In this document: positions 1 to 12,435 of the stretch, one piece after another
Layout: every line of letters starts with the position of its first letter
Numbering within the stretch: the stretch's first letter is position 1
NCBI GenBank assembly: GCA_051294375.1
Contig: CM119266.1
Location: 2,475,469-2,539,468, forward strand
DNA from: Paraspadella gotoi
Lineage: Eukaryota > Animalia > Chaetognatha
DNA: 64,000 nt
Direction of reading: 5' to 3'
Notes under the pieces: generated by a model
The model's input: the letters and a program-made list of their open reading frames with translations, nothing else
What the model was told of the DNA's origin: nothing
Databases searched by the model: none
Translations under genes and position numbers: made by a program

Positions 1-2290
1 CGAATTCACGGCGCGCCGATTTTCCACGCGAAGGCGCCGGCACGAATGGCGCGTATGAGTCGCGGGAAAAGGTTGCAATGACGACGCCGAGGGGCGCACT
101 CGTCTCTTGGAGTGATTTCTGAGGAAAGAAGGACTAAATCACCAAGTTGAAAATTGCGTTGAGGTTTTAAAGGCATTTTGACGAGCTTTGCAACATCGTA
201 ATATATTCTTTGATCCAACCGCTTCCATAAATGAATCAGCCAGATGTTGAGTTGGTGCCAAATCGCCGAGATTATTGGCCATCTGCAATCTAAAAGGACT
301 GAGGGAACAATATGGAAATGTAGACATAGTGGGGCCGTTCCAGGTGAAACCAAAACACGAAGGGGTAATTGCTTGTAAATCGTTTACAATCGTTTGATAC
401 GCGAGTCAATGGCCTTTGGTTAACAATACCTTTTTAGCAATTAAGCGACAAGGGTTCAAATTACACATCTGATGGGACAAGCTGAATCGAAATATCGACT
501 TTAAGACACGTTTTTAAACTGAGCGGAAAGGCCGCTCCCGAATGCCGCCAAAATGAGGGGCCGCTGGGGGTTAAAAGACCAATTTATACCTTTGCTGTTA
601 AGACATGGAGAATTCTTTCATTCCACTCTTGACACCGTTTCTGAAGCTCTTTTATCAGCCTGACGCTAAACATTGTACCACTCTGTCAGACAGCATTTGC
701 TGCACTCTTGGGCGACGGGAAGCAGAATTAAGTAAGCAAATTACTGAAAGCAGAAGTTGATAAGTCACAAGCGACTTCAAGGTGAAATCGCACCGCATTT
801 TTAAGGCATGTAAATAAAAGATATATGCGTTTGCGCATTGCGCGGCCGACTTTTACAAAAAATGAGACCCATGAAATCAACCGCTTTACATTCAAAGGGA
901 TAAGAAGGAGACAAACGGTATGAGGGATTGAACCCAGTTTTCTGTGGCTTTGGTTTGGAAAAGAGACGTAAGACATTTAAACATTTTCCAAATTCAGACT
1001 TAATAAAAGCTCGGCCTTTTTAATATCCAAATATTTTTCTCTCAAATATGGATGAACCTGTTCAACGCAGCAGTGCCCATCTCCTCAGAGTGAACGTGGA
1101 CGAACAAGAGTTTTGTGACATGATGGCGGGGAGAAGAATCGGGTGCTTCGACATCAAAGGGAAGTTCGGATTGGCGTAGTCGACCTTCCGACGCGAAGTA
1201 GATTTCTGAATGAAAGGATCCCCAGTTGGCGGCGTATATCGCTTCTTTCTTTTGCAAACCTACGCTTTTCGGGATCACGGGAGTAACCTTACCAAAAACT
1301 TTAATTTTAAAAAGATTAAATCTGCGTCAGAAAAATAATGTTTTTGTAAGAACTGAATTAAGACAATTCTCTGCTAATGCCACTCATTATGGTTATGGTT
1401 CCTTGTGACTAAATTAATTTCCCTTTTCTAATTTAGAAATACAAATGACTTAAACCTTAAAAAGACCAACAGACAGCTTTTAAAGCTTATCCATGAAGAA
1501 TAACGTTGGGAATAAGTCCTTCAAAAAATTCAAATCAATCTGCCTTACTTCGGTCTGCGGAGAATCTCGACGTTTTCCGTCGTTTTTTATCCTGAAAGAT
1601 ATTTTCTGGCCAATGAGTAGGATCTTGGCCATAAGAGCTTGGTCCCTTGAAGGAAAAACGTTCCCATGAATCTTCATCGCCGGCGCACGAACCCCGGCGG
1701 CTGCAGAGATCGGCTGGATTCAAAGCTGTTGGACCATGAGCCATTGTGAGGGAGAGGAAACAGCATGAATCTTTGCTTATTCTATTGAAACAACGGTTTT
1801 GGTCGTGTTGTGCGATTATTAGATCTGTCGCAAGACACAAGATGACATCAACCCAGAAAGTGATTTCGTCCGGTTGAAAATCGCAATTCACGAGTAAGAA
1901 ACTTGTGCATATCTTATGATACACGCTGCAGTTAATTCAAGTCTAGGAACTGGAACCATGTAATTTGAAGTTGAAACACTGTTTGAGAGGGGCAACACGG
2001 TGTGCTTTTTGACATAAGAAGACCGAGACATGGGATTTTGCCCACCTATCACAAAACCTGATATAATGCAGTAGAACGATACCTGAGCTGCTTGCATCGG
2101 AAAAGTAGTGCAATTGAATTTTAATATTTACACTTTAGAGTTTTATCATTAGCATAAACGGGAAATTTTAAAATCCTCTATCGTGTGGTAATGAATTTTG
2201 CAATTCATCTAAAACGGTTAACCTGATCATGTGAATGATGTCGTCGCAAGTTAATCCAGAGGCACAATACTGTGCTGATTAAAATTTTTG
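1..2290 (-). mobile_element. BEL/Pao LTR retrotransposon pol fragment (RNase H to integrase), frameshifted; copy 1
   Basis: Minus-strand fragments read HLWKR...QRNFQLGDLVLL (BEL integrase C-terminus), KRIYLLFTCL...HLEVACDLSTSAF (integrase core), GRLRQSELP and HHVTKLLFVHVH (Zn-binding region), and KKHTVLPL...VPRLELTAA (RNase H). It is colinear with 56561-58905; the similarity stops at about 2290. Confidence 0.9.
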
Positions 2291-2558
2291 CGGTTTAATG
2301 TTGGGAATTAAATATATTACTCTTCTATAGATAAATTCGAGAATTTGGAAGGACTCATTCGATATGGGAGGAGTAGCTCCTTAGCTCCTTAGCGACTTAG
2401 TATTAAATGCAGAAAAAAGTTTTTTTTGTGATTAAAAAGAAATTATCACATTTTGGGGCATTTTATTTGAGACGAAAGACTTTTAAACGTAGAGACAAAG
2501 TGTGAGAGATGCCGTCCCGTAAGTGTAACATATGTTATTGTTATATGTATATGTTATA

Positions 2559-2685
2559 TGCTATGTTATTATCTTGTAAGTGTGATGGAGGCCTTAAACC
2601 ACCAAAGCCTGTCCAAAGTCAGGGACAAGATAGCTTATTTATTAAATGAATGGATAATTTTTATATTGGTTGTACCAATTTCATA
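2559..2685 (+). repeat. 5'-truncated copy of the ~270-bp dispersed element (same family as the 50.35-52.13 kb array)
   Basis: The stretch ATCTTGTAAG..GATGGAGGCCTTAAACCACCAAAGCCTGTCCAAAGTCAGGG..GTACCAATTTCAT matches the array unit. Confidence 0.85.
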
Positions 2686-2943
2686 TAAGTATTGGATATA
2701 ACGTATTCCGCATCAAAAGTATTGCTTCACATTGCATCACATCCCATCACATCTTAACCCATCATGTAACGTCTCATCTTCCAACTTATCACTTCTCATC
2801 ACACTCATCACGTCACTTTACTATCACCTAACTTATTATTCCATCATCTCACGTCCTATCACTTCCCATCCGAACACTTCACGGGCAATCGGATGAGATC
2901 TCACGATGTCATTATCACTATCACTATCACTATCACTCCTCAC

Positions 2944-3154
2944 CGATGATATAAAGCGTGACGGACGTCCTGGGATGCATCGAGAATAAAACGACGAGAG
3001 TCAAGACGTTGCCGATGAATCCGGCGCCGTTGACGACGCCGCCGATGACGCCGTAGACGACGAATTGGAAAGGATCGCGATGATCCGTCGACGACAACGA
3101 CGACGACGATAACGACGACGTCAGATTCTCGCCGACCGAGAGTTCGGGATCCAT
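2944..3154 (-). CDS. Class A (rhodopsin-like) GPCR, first coding exon (N-terminus, TM1, ICL1); resembles FMRFamide/peptide receptors
   Basis: Translation is MDPELSVGENLTSS...FQFVVYGVIGGVVNGAGFIGNVLTLVVLFSMHPRTSVTLYII. It has an N-glycosylation sequon (NLT), the TM1 GN motif and an S/T-x-x-x-Y lead into TM2. It ends at a phase-1 donor G|GTGAGG (2944/2943). The remaining exons are not in the window. Confidence 0.8.
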
Positions 3155-3894
3155 TGTTTATGTTTTATTTTTAAGGGGGGAGATAAAGGAGGAACTTGCT
3201 TTGTTTATTTTTTAAAGTTTTCTTTTTATTGTTTTTTGTTTAAAAGGATCGAAATTACGACGAGGCCGTGAGATACTATTGACGCCCGCAGATGAATCCG
3301 GATCTGTTTAGATGCATTGTTTATTTTTCGGAGGAAATAACTGGGTCGAGGGGGGGGGAATTGAAAGAGTCTTTTGTTTATGTTTATTGTTTACGAGGAT
3401 GGAAGAGACGATGTGAAGATCGAGACTCGGGGATCGTCGTCATCGTCCTCATTTTTTTGTCTTTTCGTTTATATTTTCGCTTCCAACTTTCGGCGTCGAT
3501 CGGAGACGAATCAAAGATGACGGCCGCTCCGAAGCCACCGCTTCCTGGCGTCCGCTTCTTGGCGTTCGCTCCTAGACGTTCGTTCCAAGACCTCCGCCCC
3601 TGGGCGTCCGCTCCTCGTCCTTCTCGTTTTACGATGCGCAGTTAATTCACATCTCGTTTCACATTCGCCTGTGAGTCTGGTATTTCACTGTTGAAAAAAG
3701 TTAAATTAAATTAAAGTCATACTCTCTCTCGCTCTCTCGCTCTCTCGCTCTCTCTCACTCTCTATCTCTCTCTCTCTCCGTTTCTCGTGCCATTGCCAGC
3801 TTCTCAACCCCCTCTGCCCGTCCGGCGCAACGAAGCCAAGACGCGATAATTAAACTGCGCCGGTGAGACTCTTTTTCTTCGCACAGGCGAATGC

Positions 3895-4610
3895 TCCGGT
3901 CTTGGGACGATCGCCGCTTAAAATCGCGCACAATACTCTCGCATCGGTCTTTGGACGCGACCCTCGCCGCCTTAAAATCGCCACAAATCTCTCGCGTTCT
4001 TTGACGATGCGCGCGGCTTAAAAATCGCCACAAATTCTCTCGGTCTTGGGACGATCGCCGCTTAAAATCGCCACAACAAATCTCTTCGTCTTTGGCGACG
4101 ATCGCGCTTAAAATCGCCACAAATCTCTCGGTCTTGTGGACGATCGCCGCTTGGCTTATGCACAATATGCCACAATCTCTCGGTACGTTTGACGATCGCC
4201 GCTTAAAAAACATCGCCACAAATCTCTCGGTCTTATCGGGACGATCGCCGCTTAAAATCGCACAACATAATCTCTCGGTCTTTGGACGATCGCCGCTTAA
4301 AATCGCCACAATCTCTCGGTCTTTGACGATCGCCCGCTTTAAAATCGGCCACAAATCTCTCGGTCTTTGGACGATCGCCGGTTAAAATCGCCAAATCTCT
4401 CGTCTTGGGGACGATCGCCGCTTAAAATCGCCCACAAATCTCTTCGAGTCTGGGACGATCGCCGCTTTAAAATCGCCACAAATCTCTCGGTCTTGGAGAG
4501 ATTGCCGTTAAAATCGAGCACAATCTCTCGCGTCTTGGAGACGATGCGCGCTTAAAATCGCCAACAAATCTCTCGGTCTTGGGACGATCGCCGCTTAAAA
4601 CTCGCCATAA
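3895..4610 (+). repeat. 42-bp tandem minisatellite, array 1
   Basis: Consensus unit is CGATCGCCGCTTAAAATCGCCACAAATCTCTCGGTCTTGGGA, head-to-tail with many small indels. Confidence 0.95.
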
Positions 4611-4927
4611 ATCGCCCGCATAATATTCGCCTTTAAGTTCGTCTTCGAATCGCCCTTTATCTCTTTCGGCTTTACGACGCATCGCCCTAAAATTGAGTCC
4701 AGCTCTGGAACGATTACGTTCTTTGACTCAGCGTTAAGCGTTGACTCCCATCTGAGCTGCGCTCAATGGCGCCCGAGTCGTTGCCATAGAAACCGAAATA
4801 GTTTTTTTTTCCTTCCTGTCTGGCATAAACGTCCGAAACGTCTCTGACTTCTAAACTCTTTGTCTTTTTTTTTCTGGAGGGAAAAATAAAAGTTGCGGTC
4901 GTTAAAGGGGAAGCAGATTGGAGAGAG

Positions 4928-5000
<73 letters not shown>

Positions 5001-7477
5001 GAAGAGAGAAACGGGCCAAAGAGCATATTCTCAACTGACGAAAAGAACCATTAAAGTTTTCAAATGGTCAGCAGGAAACGAATTATGACCCCAGACTAAA
5101 AACATCCATTTTCAACCAAGAAACAAGCAAAAAATAATTTTAAACAATAAAAGAACAAAGAAGGGAAACGTCGACAAGCGGGAAATATTGTCTATTTTGA
5201 CCAAAAAAAACGACTACTTCGATCTTTTTCGCTTCCCCTCCCACATCTCCCTGTTGCTGCAGCACTTTCCTTCTCCTCCTCCTTGCCTCATCACTCCTCC
5301 TCCCTTCCCTCCTCTCCTCGCCCCTCTCCTCCTCCTCCCACCCTCCTCTCCCCCTCCTCGCTCGCCCCCGCGCCTCTCTCTCAGTCTCTATCGTCCGGGC
5401 TCTGTCATCGCATCATCGCCGTCACTCGTCTCTCTCGTTTCGTCGTCATCATCTCTCTCTCTCTGTCCCTTTCTTGTTCTTATTTACTTTGTTTTCTCTC
5501 AAAAAACTCCTCTCTTTATATGCCCACTTTTTTTCTTACCACAATTTCTCTCTCTTTTTCTCCCTCCTTTTTATACAGTCACAAGACAATCTTTCTTCTT
5601 TCTCTCACCACAATGTCTTCTTTCTTCACTCTTTTCACGTTTGCTCACAATTTCTCCCCCACTCTCCACAATCTTCTCGATCATCTTTTCTCTCTATCAA
5701 TCTCTCTATCTCTTTTCCCTCTTCTTGTCTAATCGGCTNNNNNNNNNNNNNNNNNNNNNNNNNAGCAACTCTATAAGTCACTTTTCGGTCCGTTCGGGTA
5801 GTGTCCCAGTCCGTCTGTCTCCATATATCGTATATGTATATCTACTATATATGTATTACGTCTATGCAATACATATCGTGGCACCCCATCCCGCATGCTC
5901 ATCAGCTTCGTTTTTCAAGGCACAGCAAAAAAAAACTCTCAAATCTAAGAAACTGCTAGCGAAAATAAAATAAAACTAAAAGGAATAAAGACGAAATTTG
6001 ATGCAGTGGATGTAAAATACATCGGGTTCTTCCAAGAAAGGTTAATAACGTATTCAATAATACTTACTATTCATTGGTTCAGCCAGAGGCGTCATGATGA
6101 ATTACACATGATAAGCGCAGTCACTTCGGCGACCACACAATTCGACATTACCGCTTCTCCTGTTTTTTGACGCCTTTTTCACCTCCTTCCACTTTCCTCA
6201 TCCCACCGATATTTCCCGCTCCGTCATCTCTCCCTCTTCAATAGTAATCCCTCTCTCTCCTCTCTCTCTCTCTCCTCTCTCTCTCTCTTCTCTCTTCTCT
6301 CTCTCTCTCTCTCTCTCTCGTTTACTCTCGCCCTTTCTCTTTTTTTCTAAATCTTTGCCCAACGTCCATCCCATTCTTAAATCTACCGTCCTTAACCTCG
6401 CTATTTTGCCACTCCCTCGTTAACTCTCTCTCTCGCTCTTTCCTCTCCCTCTCCAATCGTTCCCCCTTCTCTTTCCCTCTCTAACTTCCTCTCACTCTCT
6501 TTGCTCTCTCTCTTCCTCTCCTCTCTTACATTGTTTCCCTTCTTTATCTCCTCTCTCACTCTCTCTTTACCAGGTTTCCTCCTATCTGCAACTTCCTCCC
6601 CGTTCTTTCCTCTCTTCTCTCTTCTCCTCTCCCTCTCTCTCTGCTCCTCTCCTCTCTCTCTCTCAGCCGTGCGCTTTTTCCCTACTCTCCTCTCCTCCTT
6701 CTTTCCTTTCTCTTCCTCTCTTCTCTCTACCATTTCACTCCACCATGCACCGGAGTGCAAAAGATGATCCAACCTTTGATATGTAGTTACGAACTTCCTC
6801 TTTAAGAATCTCTCATCTCTTCTCTCCGCCGTCCTCTCCTCTCTCAATCTCTGCCCCTCTCATCTCTCTCTCCTCGTCTCTTCATTTTTCCCGTGACGGG
6901 GCAGACTCGGGTCGGTGAAAACAGAAGTAAAACGCCAAAAACAAACCAGCCGACACACCAGCACGACCAAATCTCTTTCCTTCTGCCTCTCCCTTCATCC
7001 CGCTCCTCCTTTTTTCTTCTCACTTCTCTCCGCTCTCGACAAAAAAAGACTCGCCACTTGAAATCTTGACTTTGGAACAAATCAGCGGCAAAAGAAAAGA
7101 ATCGGAGAATTGGAGATAAGAATCAATGAAACAAAATAAATCAGAAACAAGAATCTGGGAAAGATCTGCGAACCTAAGTTGAATCAGGAAAGAAAACAAG
7201 AATCAGCAAGCTGAAAGAGAATCGTAAAAGAATCAGCGAACAGAAATGAAAATTCAGGAAGATGTAAGTAAATAGAAAAAAATGTTAAGAAAATTTTTTG
7301 GAAGATTGGGTAAAAATTAATATAGTAAAAAGAAACAGTAAATTTATATTAGGAAAGAATCAGAAAATAGAAACAGAATCTATAGAAGAGAATTGCTGCG
7401 CAACGAATGAGAATGAAATGGAAACACTCGTGAATTTTCGCCAGAAGATTTGTCAATATAGGAGAATGTCCTTGCGT

Positions 7478-8315
7478 GTCTTTGGGACGATCGCCATGCT
7501 AAAAATCGCCACAAATCTCTCGGTCTTGGGACGATCGCCGCTTAAAATCGCCACAATCTCTCGCGTCTTTGGACGCATCGCCGCTTAAAATCGCCACAAA
7601 TCTCTCGCGTTCTTTGGACGATCGCCGCTTAAAAATCGCCACCAAATCTCTCGGTCTTGGGACGATCGCCGCTTAAAATCGCCACAAATTCTCTCGGTCT
7701 TGGGACGATCGCCGCTTAAAATCGCCACCATAATCTCTTCGCGTCTTTGTGACGATCGCCGCTTAAAAAATCGCCACAAATCTCTCGGTCTTGTGGACGA
7801 TCGCCGCTTAAAATCGCCACACAAATCTCTCGGTCTTGGACGATCGCCGCTTAAAATCGCCACAAATCTCTCGGTCTTGGGATCGCCAGCTTTAAAATCG
7901 CCACAAATCTCTCGGTCTTTCGACATCGCCGCTTAAAATCGCCACAAATCTCTCGGTTGGCGATGATCGCCGCTTAAAATCGCCACAAATCTCTCGGTCT
8001 TGGACGATCGCCGCTTAAAATCGCACAATCTCTCGGTCTTTGGACGATCGCCGCTTTAAATCGCCACAAATCTCTCGGTCTTGGACGATCGCCCGCTTAA
8101 AATCGCACAATCTCTCGTCTTCGGGACGTGCCGCTAAAATCTCCACAAATCTCTGGTCTTGGGACGATCGCCGCTTTAAAACTCGCCACAAATCTCTCGG
8201 TCTGCGATCGCCGCTTAAATTCGCCACAAATTCTCAGCGGTCTTGGCACGATCGCCGCTTAAAATTGCCACAAATCTCTCGTCTTGGGACGATCGCCGCT
8301 TAAAATCGCCATAAA
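7478..8315 (+). repeat. 42-bp tandem minisatellite, array 2 (about 20 units)
   Basis: Same unit and same right flank as array 1. Confidence 0.95.
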
Positions 8316-8648
8316 TCGCCCCAAATATTTCGCCTTTAAGTTCGTCTTCGAATCGCCCTTTATCTCTTCGGCTTTACGACGATCGCCCTAAAATTCGAGT
8401 CCAGCTCTGGAACGATTACGTCTTTGACTCAGCGTTAAGCGTTGACTCCCATCTGAGCTGCGCGTCAATGGCGCCCGAGTCGTTTCCATAGAAACCGAAA
8501 TAGTTTTTTTTCCTTCCTGTCTGGCATAAACGTCCGAAACGTCTCTGACTCTCTAACTCTTTGTCTTTTTTTTTCTGGAGGTTTTTTCTGAGGGAAAAAG
8601 TTGCGGTCGTTAAGAAGGGGAAGCAGATTGGAGAGAGAGAGGAGAGAG

Positions 8649-8709
<61 letters not shown>

Positions 8710-8932
8710 ACGGGCCAAAGAGCATATTTCTGAACGAAAAGAACCATTAAAGTTTTCAAATGGTCAGCAGGAAACGAATTATGATCCCCAGACTAAAAAC
8801 AATTTTAACAAAAACAAGCAAAGAACAAATTTTAAACAATAAAAGAACAAAGAAGGGAAACGTCGAACGAGAGAAATTGTCTATTTTGACCAAAAAAACG
8901 ACTTCATCTTTTCGTCCCTCAATCCTCCTACT

Positions 8933-9022
<90 letters not shown>

Positions 9023-9916
9023 TCCCTCAATCTTCATCTTTTTCTCGCCAAAAAAAAAAAAAAAACAACTTCCCTTTCTTTCTTATTTTACTTTTTTTCT
9101 CTCAAAAAACCTCCTCTTTATTCCAATTTTTTTTCTTACCACAATTTCTCTCTCTTTTTCCCCTCTTTTTATAAGTCACAAATCTTTCTTTCTCACCACA
9201 ATCTTTCTCACTCTTTTCCACTTTGCCCACAATTTCTCCCCACTCTCCACAATCTTCTCTCTCTCTTTCTCCCTTCAATCTCTCTATCTCATTTTCCCTT
9301 TTCTTTCTATCCCCTTTCTTTCCACCATAACGGGGCCAGCGATTCCAACGAAGGCGGAAACTTGAAATCCGCCCAAGAAGGGAGATTTGTGGCGATTTTA
9401 AGCGGCGATCGTCCCAAGACCAAGGGACAATTCTATATTGAAATCTCGCGAAAATCACGAAGTTTCCATTTCATTTCTAATTCGTTGCGCAGATTCTTTC
9501 TTAGATTCTGTTTCATTTTACTGATTCTTTCCTAATAATAAATTCTGTTTCTTTTTACTTATTAATTTTACAATCTTCAAATTTCATTTTATTTTACTTT
9601 ATCTGATTTCATTTCTGTTCGCTGATTCTTTCTACGATTCCATTTCAGTTTGCTGATTCTTTTTCTGATTCCACTTCAGGTCGCAGATTCTTTTCCAGAT
9701 TCTTGTTCTGATTTTATTTTGTTTCATTGATTCTTATCTCCAATTCTTCCGATTCTTTCTTTTGCCGCTGATTTCGTCTCCCAAATCAAATTCAAGTCAT
9801 CTTTTTTTTCGAAGGCGAAAATGAGAAACAAAAACGAAGAACAGAATGAAAAGAAATTTTCTCTTCCTTTTTTTGGGTTTTATTTCTGTTTTCACGACGA
9901 GTCGCCCGTCCCGAAG

Positions 9917-9952
<36 letters not shown>

Positions 9953-11206
9953 NNNNNNNNNNNNNNNNNNNNNNNNNNNNNNNNNNNNNNNNNNNNNNNN
10001 NNNNNNNNNNNNNNNNNNNNNNNNNNNNNNNNNNNNNNNNNNNNNNNNNNNNNNNNNNNNNNNNNNNNNNNNNNNNNNNNNNNNNNNNNNNNNNNNNNNN
10101 NNNNNNNNNNNNNNNNNNNNNNNNNNNNNNNNNNNNNNNNNNNNNNNNNNNNNNNNNNNNNNNNNNNNNNNNNNNNNNNNNNNNNNNNNNNNNNNNNNAG
10201 AGAGAGAGAGAGAGAGAGAGGAAGACGGGGAGGAAAGTTCAGATAGGAGGAAACCTGGTAAAGAGAGAGTGAGAGAAGGAGATAAAGAGGGAACAATGTA
10301 GAGAGAGAGAGGAAGAGAGAGAGCGAAAGAGAGTGAGAGGAANNNNNNNNNNNNNNNNNNNNNNNNNAGCCGATTAGACAAGAAGAGGGAAAAGACGTCG
10401 AGATAATGAAGAAGAAAAGATGATCGAAGAAGATTGTGTCTGATAGTGGGGCGAGAAATTGGACAAATCTGAAAGAGTGGAAGAGAAGAAGACATGGGGT
10501 GAGAGAATAGAAAGAAAGATGTGCTTTCTTCGTGACTGTATTAAAAAGGACGGGAGAGAAAAAGACGAGAGAAATGTGGTAAGAAAAAAAAAATGGGCAT
10601 TAAAGAAAGAGGAGTTTTTTAGAGAAAACAAAGTAAATAAGAACAAGAAAGGGACAGAGAGAGAGAGATGATGACGACGAAACGAGAGAGACGAGTGACG
10701 GCGATGATGCGATGACAGAGCCCGGACGATAGAGACTGAGAGAGAGGCGCGGGGGCGAGCGAGGAGGGGGAGAGGAGGGTGGGAGGAGGAGGAGAGGGGC
10801 GAGGAGAGGAGGGAAGGGAGGAGGAGTGATGAGGCAAGGAGGAGGAGAAGGAAAGTGCTGCAGCAACAGGGAGATGTGGGAGGGGAAGCGAAAAAGATCG
10901 AAGTCACGCGTTCTCTTTTTGGTCAAAAATAGACAGAATTATTTCCGCGCTTGTCCGACGTTCTCCCTTCACTTGTTCTTTTCATTGTTAAAATTTATTT
11001 TTTGCTTGTTTCTGTGGGTGTGAGAAGCAGGTCGGGATGTTGTTTAGCTGTCGTGCGGTGGGTCATAATTCGTTTCCTTGCTGACCATTTGAAAACTTTA
11101 ATGGTTCCCTTTTCCGGTGGCGAGTGGGTGAGGGGCGAGTAGGTGAGGGCTACGGTGGTTGGCCGCGCTTTCTCCTCTTCTCATCTCTCTCTCTCTCTCT
11201 CTTTCT

Positions 11207-11241
<35 letters not shown>

Positions 11242-11599
11242 CTTCTCTCTCTCGTCTCTCTCTCTCCAATCTGCTTGCCCCTTTAACGACCCGCAACTTT
11301 TATCCCTCAGAAAAAAAGACAAAGAGTTTAGAAGTCAAGAACCTGTTTCCGGACGTTTATGCAGACAGGGAAGGGATAAATAAAAGACTATTTCGGTTTC
11401 TATGGCACGAGCTCGGCGCGCCATTGAGCGCAGCTCAGATGGCGATACAACGCTTAACGCTAGTCAAAGCGAACGTAAATCGTTCCAGAGCGGACTCAAT
11501 TTTAGGGCGCATGCGTCACCGTTAAAGGCCCGAAACGACGATAAAGAGGCGATTCGGAAGTACGACACTTAAAGGCGACACTATTAGCGGCTTGACTTT

Positions 11600-12435
11600 A
11601 TGGCGAGTTTAACTGCTGCGCGATTCGTCCAAGACCGAGAGATTCTGTTGGCGATTTTTTAGCTGCAGCATCGTCTCCAAGACGAGGAGATCTGTGCTCA
11701 TTTTAACGGGCCTCTCTCCAAGCACCGAGAGATTTGTGGCGTTTGACGCGGGCGATCGTCCAGACTCGAGAGATTTGTGGCGGATTTTTTACAGCGGCGA
11801 TCGTCCAAGACGAGAATCTCTCCGACTCTCTCGGCGATCGTCCAACAGACCGAGAGATTTGTGCGCCGATTTTAAACGCCCGGGCTGATCCGTCAAAGAC
11901 CCGAGAGCTGCACTTGTGGCGACCTTTTAAGCCGCGATTCGTCCAAAGACCGAGAGATTATGTTGTCGATTTTAACGGCGATCGTCCCATAAGACCGAGA
12001 GATTTGTGGCGATTTTTTAAGCGGCGATCGTCAAACGTACCGAGAGATTGTGGCATATAATAAGAATGCAAACAAAAAAGAAAAATAACAGAAACGACAA
12101 AAAACAAAGTCGGCGACTCGTCCGAGCAAGACGGAATTGTGCGCGATTTTGAAGCGCGATCGTCGCCAGTAAATGACTGAGAGACTTCTCGTCTGCTGCG
12201 AATTTTAAGCGAGCGATCTTCGCTCCCAAGACCCGAGGAATTTTGTGCGAGATTTTTAAGCCGCGCGCTCCGTCAAAGAACGCTAGACGATTATGTGGCG
12301 ATTTTAAGCGGCGGCGAGGTGGTTGTCCGCGTCCAAAGACCGATCAGAGTATTGTGCGCGATTTTAAGTAGCGGCGTCTCCCAAGACCGGAGCATTCGCC
12401 TGTGCGCGATTTTTAGCATGGCGATCGTTCCAAAG
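11600..12435 (-). repeat. 42-bp tandem minisatellite, array 3 (inverted)
   Basis: Reverse-complement units (CCAAGACCGAGAGATTTGTGGCGATTTTAAGCGGCGATCG), with both flanks mirroring those of array 2. Confidence 0.9.

Noticed and set aside
5188-7080. Long Leu/Ser/Pro-rich or Glu/Arg-rich ORFs (also 8760-9365, 10374-10926, 19891-20452, 23762-24147, 35732-36001)
   Set aside because: These are translations of (CT/AG)n microsatellites and noisy fill, and they are not conserved between duplicate copies.
3895-12435. 42-bp repeats as a CRISPR array
   Set aside because: The units are contiguous with no unique spacers, there are no cas genes, and the context is eukaryotic.
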